Assembly: GCA_963666975.2 (NCBI GenBank)
Contig: CAXVYR010000003.1
Coordinates: 512,001-576,000 of the forward strand
DNA from: Terriglobia bacterium
Lineage (GTDB): Bacteria; Acidobacteriota; Terriglobia; 2-12-FULL-54-10
Direction of reading: 5' to 3'
DNA: 64,000 nt
Part shown: in pieces, positions 1-9,779 of the stretch
How the letters are laid out: every line of letters begins with the position of its first letter
How positions within the stretch are numbered: position 1 is the first letter of the stretch
Position numbers and translations under genes: made by a program
Notes under the pieces: generated by a model
Database searches by the model: none
What the model saw: the letters and a program-made list of their open reading frames with translations, nothing else
What the model was told of the DNA's origin: nothing

Positions 1-1957
1 CGACCGCCTTTTTCCGCCCCAGCAAGACCCGCTTGGCCGGGGACCCATTTTGAAAGCGATATTGCTCGGTGACCGCCAATGGCTGAGCGAGCAAACTAAA
101 ACGATATTTCAAGAGAGCAGCACCTATCATGCCTTGGTAGTTTCCGGTCTTCATGTGGGAGCGCTGGCAGTGGGTCTTTTCTGGATGCTTTCCCGGTTCC
201 GCTTGCCTGACTGGCTGGTGACGTCGCTGGTCATCTGCTGTGTGGCTGCGTTTACGTTGCTGGCCGGAGCGCGAGTCCCTGTCGTGCGGGCTGCGCTGAT
301 GGTTTTAATTTATTTCCTCGCACGGCTCGTCTATCGTCAGCGGGCTTTGCTAAACTCGATTGCAACCGCGGGGCTGATCTTGTTGGTCCTGCATCCATCG
401 GATTTGAAGGACTCCGGTTTTCAACTTTCCTTCCTGGCAGTTTTGGTTATTGCTGTCATCGCCGTGCCTGTTCTCCAATGGACGATTTCGCCTTACCGGC
501 AGGCGTTGCAAGGGTTGGATGAAAAGGAGAAAGACAGCCTGCTCAAACCGCAGCAAGCTCAATTCCGGCAGGACGTGCGCACCCTGCTCGATTATTTCTG
601 CGATCCGGCATTGCTGTCGCAGAGACGCTGGCGAATTTATCGCAAGGCGCTTTTACTGTTCGCCACCGCCCTGTTGCGAGTGGTGGAAGCTGCTGTATTT
701 ATATTTTTTATTCAAATCGGCCTGGCGCTCACCACGGCGACTTATTTCCACCGAATGATGTGGCTGGGGATAGCCGCCAATGTGCTGGTGATTCCATTGA
801 TGGGAATTCTCGTGCCGCTCGGTTTTTGTGTGCTGCTGGTGTCGCTGGTTTGGTGGCCGCTATCCGCGCTGGGAGCACAGTTGCTGGGGATATTGGTTTC
901 GCTGCTGTTGCAGATCATGGATGGGATCGTCAGCCTGCCTTGGGGGGATGGCCGCGTGCCAACTCCCCCTGCTTGGGTCTCTGTCTGTTTTATAGCGTTG
1001 TTGCTCCTGATGGCGGTGTTCGTAGAGCGGCGTTCGCGGTTTGTATCGCTTTCTGTCGCGGCTGTGATGGCATTCGGAGTTCTATTCACCATCGCACCGT
1101 ATTCTCCACGGCTGCCCGAGGGGAAATTAGAAGTGACGGTTCTGGACGTGGGGCAGGGCGATTCCCTTTTCATCGCCTTTCCCAAAGGCTCCACCATGTT
1201 AGTGGACGGAGGAGGAGCGACGGTGATCGACGTCGGCGAGCAGGTTGTCTCCCCCTATTTATGGTCCCGGCGGCTCAAAGCAATCGATTATCTTGTCTTG
1301 ACACATGCTCATCACGACCACCTGGATGGATTGAAGAGCGTGCTGGGGAACTTTTCAGTGCGGGAGCTATGGATCGGTTCGGGACCAAACTCGGAGGAAC
1401 TCGAAACGCTGCTGGAAATCGCCGGCAGCCGCGATGTCCGCATCGTTCACCAGCCGGCAGGGGGTAATACAGAGATCGACGGGGTCGAGATCAGCTTCCT
1501 GTCGCCTCCTGACCGGCGGAGACTTCGTAACGTCAGCAATAATGACTCTCTGGTGCTTCGCCTGGGGTACGGTCTCCGGCATATTCTTTTGCCGGGTGAT
1601 GTAGAGTCGAGCATGGAAAGGCGGTTAGTAAGGGAAGCAGCTACGATTACCAGCGACGTATTGAAGGTCCCGCACCACGGAAGTAAAAGCTCGACCAGCG
1701 ATGCTTTTCTGAGTCAGGTCGATCCGAGCTTCGGAATCATCTCGGTGGGAGCCTACAGGAGGTTTGGGCACCCTCACAATGAAGTTTTGGAGGCGTTCCA
1801 GCGTGCGGGAGTGCGTATCTACCGCACCGATCAGGATGGCAGCGTCACAGTTTCAACCGACGGGACTCGGATCGAACTGAAGACTTTTCGGGACTCCATC
1901 GCATCTTGGGCCCCCTTCAATCGTCGCTCTGTCCGTCGCTTTCCTGTTGGGAGATAA
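1..1957 (+). CDS. comEC: ComEC/Rec2 DNA-uptake competence protein (5' end truncated by window)
   Basis: Competence domain (HALVVSGLH, GFQLSF) followed by MBL domain (LDVGQGD, THAHHDH, LKVPHHGS, FGHP, RTDQDG); frame is open to the window edge. Confidence 0.95.
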   Translation, partial: DRLFPPQQDPLGRGPILKAILLGDRQWLSEQTKTIFQESSTYHALVVSGLHVGALAVGLFWMLSRFRLPDWLVTSLVICCVAAFTLLAGARVPVVRAALMVLIYFLARLVYRQRALLNSIATAGLILLVLHPSDLKDSGFQLSFLAVLVIAVIAVPVLQWTISPYRQALQGLDEKEKDSLLKPQQAQFRQDVRTLLDYFCDPALLSQRRWRIYRKALLLFATALLRVVEAAVFIFFIQIGLALTTATYFHRMMWLGIAANVLVIPLMGILVPLGFCVLLVSLVWWPLSALGAQLLGILVSLLLQIMDGIVSLPWGDGRVPTPPAWVSVCFIALLLLMAVFVERRSRFVSLSVAAVMAFGVLFTIAPYSPRLPEGKLEVTVLDVGQGDSLFIAFPKGSTMLVDGGGATVIDVGEQVVSPYLWSRRLKAIDYLVLTHAHHDHLDGLKSVLGNFSVRELWIGSGPNSEELETLLEIAGSRDVRIVHQPAGGNTEIDGVEISFLSPPDRRRLRNVSNNDSLVLRLGYGLRHILLPGDVESSMERRLVREAATITSDVLKVPHHGSKSSTSDAFLSQVDPSFGIISVGAYRRFGHPHNEVLEAFQRAGVRIYRTDQDGSVTVSTDGTRIELKTFRDSIASWAPFNRRSVRRFPVGR

Positions 1958-2180
1958 GCTGACCGGCTAGCTCGGCCTGCGATTCGAGGACGAGAATCTC
2001 CAATATGGCAATTCGCCCCATTTGCAGTGGAAAGAGATTGGGAGGAAGATCGCTGTTCATCATGCTCTCGATCCCGGCGGCATGGAGCAAACCTTGCACC
2101 ACCCGCGCCTCCATCTCATCCTGTGTGGAGAAAATAGCCGTTAATTTTTGGCGGGACAGTTCTGTTCGATCTGGTTCCAT
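1917..2180 (-). CDS. DUF2007-like small putative signal-transducing protein
   Basis: From ATG at 2180: DEMEARVVQGLLHAAGIES...EILVLESQAELA pattern; last gene of the minus-strand run. Confidence 0.7.
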   Translation of the reverse strand: MEPDRTELSRQKLTAIFSTQDEMEARVVQGLLHAAGIESMMNSDLPPNLFPLQMGRIAILEILVLESQAELAGQLISQQESDGQSDD

Positions 2181-2328
2181 AAACGTTTTCAACTCCAGAC
2201 TTTCATCCCGGTTCTGTCCCGGCCGCGTCCCTGGGCGCTTGGGCTGGGAGTTTCCCCGGCATATTCTGTGACAATGCGGCGTTTTTGAAAAGCTAAATTT
2301 TTCCCGGATTGCTGCGCAAAGAGGGCGG

Positions 2329-3117
2329 TCAGGGGACAATCTCCCAGCGGTCGATTCCGGTCAGCGAGGCGGTAATGGTTCCTGCCGGGATCTGGACTTT
2401 CAGTTGGACCGGCAAGCGGTTGTCGTCGTCACTGAACCAAACAAACATGCGCCCCTTTTCTTTGAACAGATTTTCCGAAAAAACATCCGGCTCCACGCGA
2501 ATGGCCGGAAACATCCCAATCGCGGTCTGAATTTCTTCCCGTGCCTGGACCTCCACACGGACTTGAGCTGTTCGGGAACCGTCATTCAGGGGAATCTCGA
2601 AAGTCTCGCCCACATTGAGCGGCTGCGTGCGGACGTAATACAGCGCGGAAAGGATATCGTAGACGCAGGCCGGAATGGAGAACTGTTCCTGCCGGGGAGG
2701 AGCATCGCTGGCAGTATCCCGTTCACGCAGAAGCGCCGTCCCGCTGCTTTGGTCAAACTGGAGGGATACCTCCCGGTGCCGCTCCCCTTCATGGATCACT
2801 TTGCGAATTCCATCGGAGCAGAAGGTGGGATTATGAAAAGTAGACTGGTATTCGTCTTCGACTTTGTACAGGTTGGCGACGTAGCCTGTGGATTTGGCCT
2901 TGGCCGTTGCCTTCCAGCGCCCTGCCTGCTTTCCTTCCTTTGCCAGGAACAGCTCTGCGTGGCCGGCCGGGAACAGCCGCCATTGGACTGCATACCGTAA
3001 TTTTTCTCCGGGGGAAAAAGGGATCTCTGGCTTTTGTGCGCTGCTTAGTAAAGCGCACAGAACGCTGCCTGTGGCCAGCAAGCCCCCGATCGCCAATATC
3101 CTGCCCCGGAAAACCAA
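2329..3117 (-). CDS. DUF3108 domain exported protein
   Basis: Signal-like N-terminus, PFSPGEKLRY, DILSALYYVR, WFSDDDNRLPVQL; TTG start behind GAGGAG chosen, start uncertain. Confidence 0.85.
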   Translation of the reverse strand: MVFRGRILAIGGLLATGSVLCALLSSAQKPEIPFSPGEKLRYAVQWRLFPAGHAELFLAKEGKQAGRWKATAKAKSTGYVANLYKVEDEYQSTFHNPTFCSDGIRKVIHEGERHREVSLQFDQSSGTALLRERDTASDAPPRQEQFSIPACVYDILSALYYVRTQPLNVGETFEIPLNDGSRTAQVRVEVQAREEIQTAIGMFPAIRVEPDVFSENLFKEKGRMFVWFSDDDNRLPVQLKVQIPAGTITASLTGIDRWEIVP

Positions 3118-3137
3118 AGATTTCCTTCCTCTCTCCT

Positions 3138-3701
3138 CTAGGACCCGCCCGTGAAAAAGCTCTTCACCAGCAAAATAATTATAATAACAAGATAAGCCAA
3201 AAAGGCCTGATATTCCCGGTTCCGCCAATAAAGGTCCAAGCGAAAATACTCCCTCGTGGCCTGGTTTTTTTTATTTGTCAGCAGGCGCGGCAGCAGCACA
3301 GGAACGGAACGGGCGTAAACATCAAACTCCTCCGGGAACAACTTTCGCAAGTGGGCCTCTTCCTGGCGAATCACCGGCCAATAGACGGCCACTTCTAAAA
3401 ATCCCAGCAGAAGGAAAAACCACCAGCGCCCCCCCGCTATTGAAAATCCAACGCCTGCCAGCAGGGAACCCAAATACAGGGGATTGCGCGTGTAGAGGTA
3501 AGGCCCGGTGGTCGCTAGTTTTTGATTCTTCTCCAGGTAACCCGCGCTGGTCGCTCGCAACAAAAGACCCGTGAAAGCCACCGCCGCACCTGCCATCAAT
3601 AGCTCTCGGGTCGGTTGTGCGAAGATCAGGTAAACGGCTCCCAAAAAAAACCCGGAGGGAACCCGAATGCGGGCGGCGAATTGCGAGTACGATTTTGGCA
3701 T
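3138..3701 (-). CDS. Isoprenylcysteine carboxylmethyltransferase / PEMT family membrane methyltransferase
   Basis: LATTGPYLYTRNPLYLG and EEAHLRKLF..F..Y...VP motifs. Confidence 0.9.
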   Translation of the reverse strand: MPKSYSQFAARIRVPSGFFLGAVYLIFAQPTRELLMAGAAVAFTGLLLRATSAGYLEKNQKLATTGPYLYTRNPLYLGSLLAGVGFSIAGGRWWFFLLLGFLEVAVYWPVIRQEEAHLRKLFPEEFDVYARSVPVLLPRLLTNKKNQATREYFRLDLYWRNREYQAFLAYLVIIIILLVKSFFTGGS

Positions 3702-3739
3702 TCATCCTATTTTGAACCCTGATCCGCATCCCGGACAGA

Positions 3740-4792
3740 TCAAAATGACATACTTTTTGAAATGGTTTCATTCTCCTCACTCAAGAGCTGGCGAATTGCT
3801 TCCACCACCTGGCCCGGCCGGATCAGGTCCATTGTGCTCCCGGGAGAGTTGGAATGTTTGTAAGAAGTCTCCGCATCGCCGGGCCGCAGAGATTTATGGC
3901 GGCCACCGTAGGGTCCATTGCGTTGCGGTGCAGTGGGTCCATACAAGCCAACCGTGGGAACTCCCAGGGCAGCGGCCAAATGCAGCGGGCCAGTGTCGGA
4001 GCCGACCATAAGCCGGCTGCGGCGAAGCAAAGCGATCAAACCCTTCAGATTGCCTATGTAGGCTAACGGGTCCGAATTCCGGCAGGCGGCCTGCACCTGC
4101 TGCGTCAGCGGCTCTTCGCCGGGCCCGCCGTTGAGTATTACCTGCATCGAAAAATCTTTTTGCAGCGCATCGGAAACTGCGCCGAAGTTTTCCGGAGACC
4201 AGCATTTGGATCGCCACCCGGCGCCAGGATTCAAGACCGCCAAATTTTTTTCGGGAAGGCCGGCGGGGAGCGAGACAGTATCTCCCTCCGGAAGAGGGAA
4301 GCGAATGACAGGCCGCGCGGCTCCCAGGGCTGCCGCCAATGCCAGGTTGGCGTCAATGACATGGACGGCTTTTGTTTCGATCCTGCGCGTGTAAAAAATG
4401 GAGCAAGCCGGCTCCTTGAGCCACGGTTTCTCAAAACCGATGATTTCCTTCGCCCCACTCCAGCGACAGGCCAGAGCAGATTTCAACAGTCCTTGCAGGT
4501 CGAGAGCGCAATCATAGCGGCGCTCTCGCAACACCTGGACGGCGCTGCGCAATGCGTGCCAAACATGAGGGGAGAGAGGCTGTTTTCTCCATGCGAAGGT
4601 GTCCACATCCACGATATGAGACAGGTAAGGATTTCCTTCTAGCAATGGACGCCAGCGGCTCTCCACCAGCCAGTCGATTTCCCATGAGGGAAAATTTTCC
4701 TTCAGGGTCGCCAATACCGGGAGAGCGTGGAGAATGTCGCCCATCGATCCCAGGCGCACCAGTAAAATCCTGCGTGCCGTATTGTGGTTCAT
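3740..4792 (-). CDS. waaC: LPS heptosyltransferase I (GT9)
   Basis: ILLVRLGSMGDILH, DLQGLLKS, DTGPLHLAAA; LPS operon context. Confidence 0.88.
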   Translation of the reverse strand: MNHNTARRILLVRLGSMGDILHALPVLATLKENFPSWEIDWLVESRWRPLLEGNPYLSHIVDVDTFAWRKQPLSPHVWHALRSAVQVLRERRYDCALDLQGLLKSALACRWSGAKEIIGFEKPWLKEPACSIFYTRRIETKAVHVIDANLALAAALGAARPVIRFPLPEGDTVSLPAGLPEKNLAVLNPGAGWRSKCWSPENFGAVSDALQKDFSMQVILNGGPGEEPLTQQVQAACRNSDPLAYIGNLKGLIALLRRSRLMVGSDTGPLHLAAALGVPTVGLYGPTAPQRNGPYGGRHKSLRPGDAETSYKHSNSPGSTMDLIRPGQVVEAIRQLLSEENETISKSMSF

Positions 4793-4875
4793 CCTGTTGT
4801 GTTCATTCTATGGTTTCGCGAAGCCGCCGAATCTCATTCAGCGGGGCATTTCATGCCGCTCACAATGTTTCAAAA

Positions 4876-5505
4876 CTACAACTGTTGCAGGATCCAGTGA
4901 ACAGCTTGATGAACGTCTTTTGCCACATAATCCGGTTGCCGCTGCTCCTGTGCCTGTCCTGCTTCCCATTCTTGCTTCCCGAAACCCGTCAGCACCAGCA
5001 CGCTCCGCGCTCCCACCCGGTGGCCAGCCTGAATATCCACATAGCGGTCACCTACAATAAACGATCTTTCTAAATCGATGCCGAACCGGGTCGCGGCCCG
5101 CTCCAGCATTCCTGCGCCCGGCTTGCGGCAATCGCACTCGACACGGTAGGTTTCGACGGCAGCCCGCGGGTGGTGAGGGCAATAGAAGATGCCGTCGAGT
5201 TTTCCTCCGGCGGTCTGGATAGCGTCGGAAAGCTGCCGATGGATTTTTTCGAGCGCAGGCTCCTCGAACAACCCTTGTGCCACCCCGGCCTGGTTGGTCA
5301 CTACAATCGTCAATAGATCAGCCCGATTTACCAATTCCACCGCCTTCCCGGCGAAGGGATAAAGCTCAAGCAAGCTGGGGTCGTTCAGGTAGCCGATCTC
5401 TTTGTTCAATGTTCCGTCACGGTCAAAGAAAACAGCTCGCCGCCGCCCGTCCTGCAATTCAGGGGATTTTTCCTGAGCGGACTGGTTTTTTCCTTTAGAA
5501 TTCAT
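4876..5505 (-). CDS. gmhB: D-glycero-D-manno-heptose 1,7-bisphosphate phosphatase
   Basis: FFDRDGTLN, VTNQAG, YCPHHP...CDCRKP, GDRYVD. Confidence 0.93.
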   Translation of the reverse strand: MNSKGKNQSAQEKSPELQDGRRRAVFFDRDGTLNKEIGYLNDPSLLELYPFAGKAVELVNRADLLTIVVTNQAGVAQGLFEEPALEKIHRQLSDAIQTAGGKLDGIFYCPHHPRAAVETYRVECDCRKPGAGMLERAATRFGIDLERSFIVGDRYVDIQAGHRVGARSVLVLTGFGKQEWEAGQAQEQRQPDYVAKDVHQAVHWILQQL

Positions 5506-5515
5506 GGCCTAAAAT

Positions 5516-6637
5516 TCATTGTGCTGCTACCTGGCCCTGGTGCAGACAGGATTGAGCCGCGTGCAAAACGTCCTCCACGGATATGGAAGTCATGCAGCGG
5601 TGATCGATCGGGCAATGCCGCAGCTTGCATGGACGACAATACGCCGAGCCGGCCAGCAATTCCACGCGGGGGCCGAGCGGCCGCGTGCCCTGTTCGTCGG
5701 TGGGTCCGAAAATAGCTAGAGTGGGAACACCCAGCGCGGCCACTACGTGCATAGTGCCGGTGTCATTCGTCACATACAGATCACAGCCTTGAACCAGCCG
5801 GATGAATTCATCGAGCGATGTCTTCCCGGCAAGCGACAGGGCGGCTTTGCCCGCTTTCGGCAGGAGGGACTCCACCAGGGGGCTCTCTGCGGGGGAGCCG
5901 AAAAAAATCGATATTGCTCCCCATTGCTCGTTCAGGCGGCGGGCGAGTTCTGCAAATCTCTCCGCCGGCCATCGCTTGGCGGTGCCGAACGCCGCGCCTG
6001 GGCTGATGCCCACCAGTAACCCACTCTTTGATTTCCAGCCCGCCGGAAGGGAAGTCTCCTGACCTAAAAGTTTTTCGATCCGTTCTCTGGCTGCCGCCCG
6101 GCTGGGCCCGGTTGAGGGCAGCAAAATTTGCCTCACTTCCGGAAACTGCGAAATCAATCCCAGCCGCCGGAGAAGCTCCAGATAGTAGTGTGCCTCGTGT
6201 GCTGGAATCTCTCCACTGCGGGGCACTGCAACGGGGTGCGTCAGCAAAGGGCCACGGCCCTGCCGTGCATATCCGGCGCGGATGGGTATGCCGGAAAGCG
6301 CAGCCAGCACGGCGGCATCCAGCGCATTCTGGAACAGGATGGCGGCGGAGAACCCCTCTTGCCGCAGATGGGCGGCCATGCGCCACCTTCCGATGATTCC
6401 CTTGTGCTGGTCGCGGGTGTTGTAGGCAATCAGGCGGCAGCGCAGCTCGTCCAAGGGAAAAACCTCGCTGACCCAGGGCCGCGCCACCAAAACCAATTCC
6501 GCTTGGGGCAACACCCGGCGCAGCTCGCGCAGAGCAGGCAAGCACATGACTGCGTCGCCGATCCAGTTCGGAACGCGAACCAGCAGCTTGATGCGGGTTC
6601 CTGTCCCTTCCAATTGTTCGACGCGGAGCGTTTTCAT
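5516..6637 (-). CDS. waaF: LPS heptosyltransferase II (GT9)
   Basis: PNWIGDAVM, PGAAFGTAKRWP, NDTGTMH, CRPCKLRHCP. Confidence 0.92.
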   Translation of the reverse strand: MKTLRVEQLEGTGTRIKLLVRVPNWIGDAVMCLPALRELRRVLPQAELVLVARPWVSEVFPLDELRCRLIAYNTRDQHKGIIGRWRMAAHLRQEGFSAAILFQNALDAAVLAALSGIPIRAGYARQGRGPLLTHPVAVPRSGEIPAHEAHYYLELLRRLGLISQFPEVRQILLPSTGPSRAAARERIEKLLGQETSLPAGWKSKSGLLVGISPGAAFGTAKRWPAERFAELARRLNEQWGAISIFFGSPAESPLVESLLPKAGKAALSLAGKTSLDEFIRLVQGCDLYVTNDTGTMHVVAALGVPTLAIFGPTDEQGTRPLGPRVELLAGSAYCRPCKLRHCPIDHRCMTSISVEDVLHAAQSCLHQGQVAAQ

Positions 6638-6648
6638 GCGTGCTCGTT

Positions 6649-7770
6649 TCAGCTTCTTCCGGCCAAGTTTGCCGCTAAAGGCAATCGTTTTCGGGGAAAC
6701 CCCAACTCCTCCCAAAGCCAGTTCACCAAGCGCACTTCCTCATCCACTACAGGCTCGATGGCGGCCCAATAGAGCGGAATTCTAAAGGAGAGCAGTTCCG
6801 GCAGGTTGACGATATCTTTCTCCGTAGTGAGCAGGCAATCCGCCCGGTTTGCTTCCACGAGTTTCCGAAGAAGCTCCAGGTCGTCTTCGTTATAGCGATG
6901 GTGGTCCGGAAAAGTTTTGCTTCCGACCGTCTCAATCCCGGCCATTTCCAGCATCAGAAAAAAAGCCCTGGGGCTTCCCAGACCACAAAAGGCCATGGGC
7001 CGCCGTGGAAAAAAATCCGTGAGCGGCACACGGTCTGCGTTTCGGGCATCTACAAAATGGAGAAGTTTTGTCCTGAGGGTAAAGCATGGCGCACGGGGAT
7101 TCAATCTTTGGACGTTTGCCTTCAGGCTTTCCAGATGCGAGCTGTAGTCCGTGCCACTCACAACCAGCTCACAGCGGGTTAAGAGGATGCCATCTGCCCG
7201 GCTTAGCGCTGAAGCGCCCTCACGGAGCAGGCGGGAGAAGCCAGGACGCGCTCCCCAGGGATTTTCCGCGTCCAGCAGCACCAAATCCAGAGCGCGTCTC
7301 AACGCGAGGTGCTGGAAACCGTCATCGAGCAGGTGGAGATCGACAGGAAACTGCTCCTCCACAAGCCGGCCCGCTTCATACCGCGAAGCGGAAACTCCAA
7401 CGGGGAGATTCAAATGCCGAAGGTAGAGCTGCACTTCGTCGCCTGAGTCCAGGGCATCCTGCGGAGAGGTGCCGGGAGGAAGGATTTGCACCGGCTGGTT
7501 GGAAGCGCGGCGGTAGCCTCGGGTCAGAATCGAAACGCTAAGCCCGGCAGCCTGCAAGCGGCCCGCCAGCCATATGGTAAACGGAGTCTTGCCCGTTCCG
7601 CCCCAACTGATGTTCCCCACGCTAAGCACTGGAGCCTGCAAGCTTCGTTGCCGCAAGAGCCCGCTACGGTAGAGCCAAGCCCGCATCCACGATCCGGCAG
7701 TCCAGAGGCTTGTGAGGCTCGATAGTGGAAAAGCTCGTTGCATTTTCTGACTCATTTTGCTTGGGCTCAT
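6649..7770 (-). CDS. lpxK: Tetraacyldisaccharide 4'-kinase
   Basis: SVGNISWGGTGKTP, LDDGFQH, FPDHHRY, TTEKD; exact start uncertain. Confidence 0.95.
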   Translation of the reverse strand: MSPSKMSQKMQRAFPLSSLTSLWTAGSWMRAWLYRSGLLRQRSLQAPVLSVGNISWGGTGKTPFTIWLAGRLQAAGLSVSILTRGYRRASNQPVQILPPGTSPQDALDSGDEVQLYLRHLNLPVGVSASRYEAGRLVEEQFPVDLHLLDDGFQHLALRRALDLVLLDAENPWGARPGFSRLLREGASALSRADGILLTRCELVVSGTDYSSHLESLKANVQRLNPRAPCFTLRTKLLHFVDARNADRVPLTDFFPRRPMAFCGLGSPRAFFLMLEMAGIETVGSKTFPDHHRYNEDDLELLRKLVEANRADCLLTTEKDIVNLPELLSFRIPLYWAAIEPVVDEEVRLVNWLWEELGFPRKRLPLAANLAGRS

Positions 7771-9236
7771 TGCGGAGTGGTTCCGATAGCGGGTCCTGGA
7801 CCGTTTGCCGGAGGCATCAGACCAGGGGACGCCGTTCCGGCTATTCCTGTCGCCGAATATCGGTTCGCCGGCGAATCGGAATGGTTTTGAACCGGCTCAT
7901 GCGGGGCGAATACTTTTCCCATTTCATCCAGGATCGGTGTAATGGCGCTGAGATTTGCCTGCAACAGATCGCAGGCGGATTTTCCCAGGCGCTGGCTGAA
8001 CTCCGGGTTTCCCAGCAAGAATCGAAGCGCCTGGGAAAGCGCCGTGGCATCCTGCAACTGAATTACCGCACCCGTGCGGGTATTCATGCCTGGACCCTCC
8101 GGCCCCTGCTGAACTTCCGCGTCTTTCAGGTAGCGATCTGCCAGGTAGTGATCGGCAATCTCCTGGAAGTTTTCCATATGCGGGCCAATGACAATGGGGC
8201 GCGCAAAATACGCAGGCTCTAAAATATTGTGCCCGCCGGTGGGCACCAGCGTTCCGCCTACGTAGGCTACGGTGGCAAGCTGGTAGATTGCTCCTAACTC
8301 GCCGATGCTGTCGAGAAGCAGCACGCCCGGCGCAACGGGCTTGGTTTGCGACTGCCACTGTGAGCGCAATTGCAATGGGATGCCGGAAGCGCGGACCTGC
8401 TCTGCCACCGAAGCAAAACGCTCAGGGTGCCTGGGAGCCAGGATCATCCACAAGCGGGGAAACTCAGCCAGAAGTTGTGTAAAGGACTCCAGTAAATATT
8501 TTTCTTCTCCGGGCATGGTGCTGCCGGCCACGATCACCGGTCCCGCATTCGAGTTCTCCAACGTCCTTCGCAGAGCATCGGCCATCGGCGAGGAAGCAGG
8601 CTGTGCGGCAAATTTGAGGTTTTGCGATACCCACACTTTATTCAGAGGAGCGCCCAGAGCTTTGAAGCGTTCGGCATCGGCAGCGCTTTGCAGAAGAAAA
8701 CCGTCCGGGTAAGTCAAAACGCGCCGCCAGAGAAAGCGGCTGGCGCGGTAGCGCGGGAAGGCGCGGTCGGAGATGCGTCCGTTGACCAGCAGCAACAATG
8801 CCCCGGAACGTTTGGCTTCGCGGAACAAGTTGGGCCAAAGTTCTGTTTCGATTACCATGACCACGCGCGGTTTCAGTCGCCGAAAGAAGCGGCGGCAAAT
8901 CCAGCCCATGTCCAGGGGAGGGAAGTAAACAGCGTCTCCCGGCTGGAGAAGTTGCTGCGCCTCCTTCCAGCCCGTCGTGGTGGAAGAGGTAATGACGATG
9001 CGAATCCCTGGGAACCGCTTTCGGATCGCGTCAATCAATGCCGCCACCGCCTTCACTTCGCCCAGTGAAACGGCGTGGATCCAGACTGCCGGGTTCTCGG
9101 AAGGCGACCCCTCGCCCGGAAGCAAACCCAGCCGCTGCGCAATGCCCGGCAAGCGTCCTCGCAGAGCCCGGTAAGCCAGCCAGGGCGTGATCAACATCAG
9201 CCCAAAACAAAGGGCGAGGTTATACAGAAAATACAT
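7767..9236 (-). CDS. waaA: Kdo transferase
   Basis: WIHAVSLGE, ETELWPN, NGRISDR, APRHPERF, GGHNILEPA. Confidence 0.95.
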   Translation of the reverse strand: MYFLYNLALCFGLMLITPWLAYRALRGRLPGIAQRLGLLPGEGSPSENPAVWIHAVSLGEVKAVAALIDAIRKRFPGIRIVITSSTTTGWKEAQQLLQPGDAVYFPPLDMGWICRRFFRRLKPRVVMVIETELWPNLFREAKRSGALLLLVNGRISDRAFPRYRASRFLWRRVLTYPDGFLLQSAADAERFKALGAPLNKVWVSQNLKFAAQPASSPMADALRRTLENSNAGPVIVAGSTMPGEEKYLLESFTQLLAEFPRLWMILAPRHPERFASVAEQVRASGIPLQLRSQWQSQTKPVAPGVLLLDSIGELGAIYQLATVAYVGGTLVPTGGHNILEPAYFARPIVIGPHMENFQEIADHYLADRYLKDAEVQQGPEGPGMNTRTGAVIQLQDATALSQALRFLLGNPEFSQRLGKSACDLLQANLSAITPILDEMGKVFAPHEPVQNHSDSPANRYSATGIAGTASPGLMPPANGPGPAIGTTPQ

Positions 9237-9714
9237 ACAGCCATGACTCCGGTTTATAGCGGCTGTGGCGCGCAGGCCAGAACATTAGCGGGCTCGACCG
9301 GAATTCACCGTTGGGGATGAATGATCTAAAACGCCATTATAGCTTCCCCGGCCAGCACCCACCAGCCGCTAATGAGCTGCGAATCAATTATGTAATGCGA
9401 GATGAGTTCAGCACAGGCGTTGTCAGTCTCCGGGCCAGAACCATAGCGAAGAGAGGAAAGACGTCTTCAGTATTTTTCCGCTGCAGGACAGAATGATGCA
9501 GGTGGAGAAGGGATTATTTTACCGCTGAGGCAGAGAAGATTTGCAACGTCCAGTGCATGGAAAGATGAGGAAGGCGCAGAGCATTGTGAGAGGAATTGGC
9601 GATGGAGTCAGACAGACCGGCTGACAGGCCACAGCTGTAGAGTATCCATTCAAGACAGGCTACTCAAGACAGACTACGAATTCGGTGATGCGCTCATGCA
9701 GCGGGAATATCCCC

Positions 9715-9741
9715 CGTGCCTTCTTTTTGAAAGAGGGCACG
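9715..9741. terminator. Hairpin downstream of the BACON gene, possible terminator
   Basis: CGTGCCTTCTTT-TTG-AAAGAGGGCACG; no clean U-tract on the minus strand. Confidence 0.3.
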
Positions 9742-9779
9742 CCAAATAAAAAATCGGGCTAGTTTCCTTTGGCCTTCCG

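Noticed and set aside
14-47. Hairpin ending GGGGACCC inside comEC, resembling the 43-nt insert family
   Set aside because: Short, imperfect, at the window edge and reads as plausible ComEC coding sequence
9311-9496. 61-aa ORF in the waaA upstream gap
   Set aside because: No recognisable motif or clear RBS; cannot be supported
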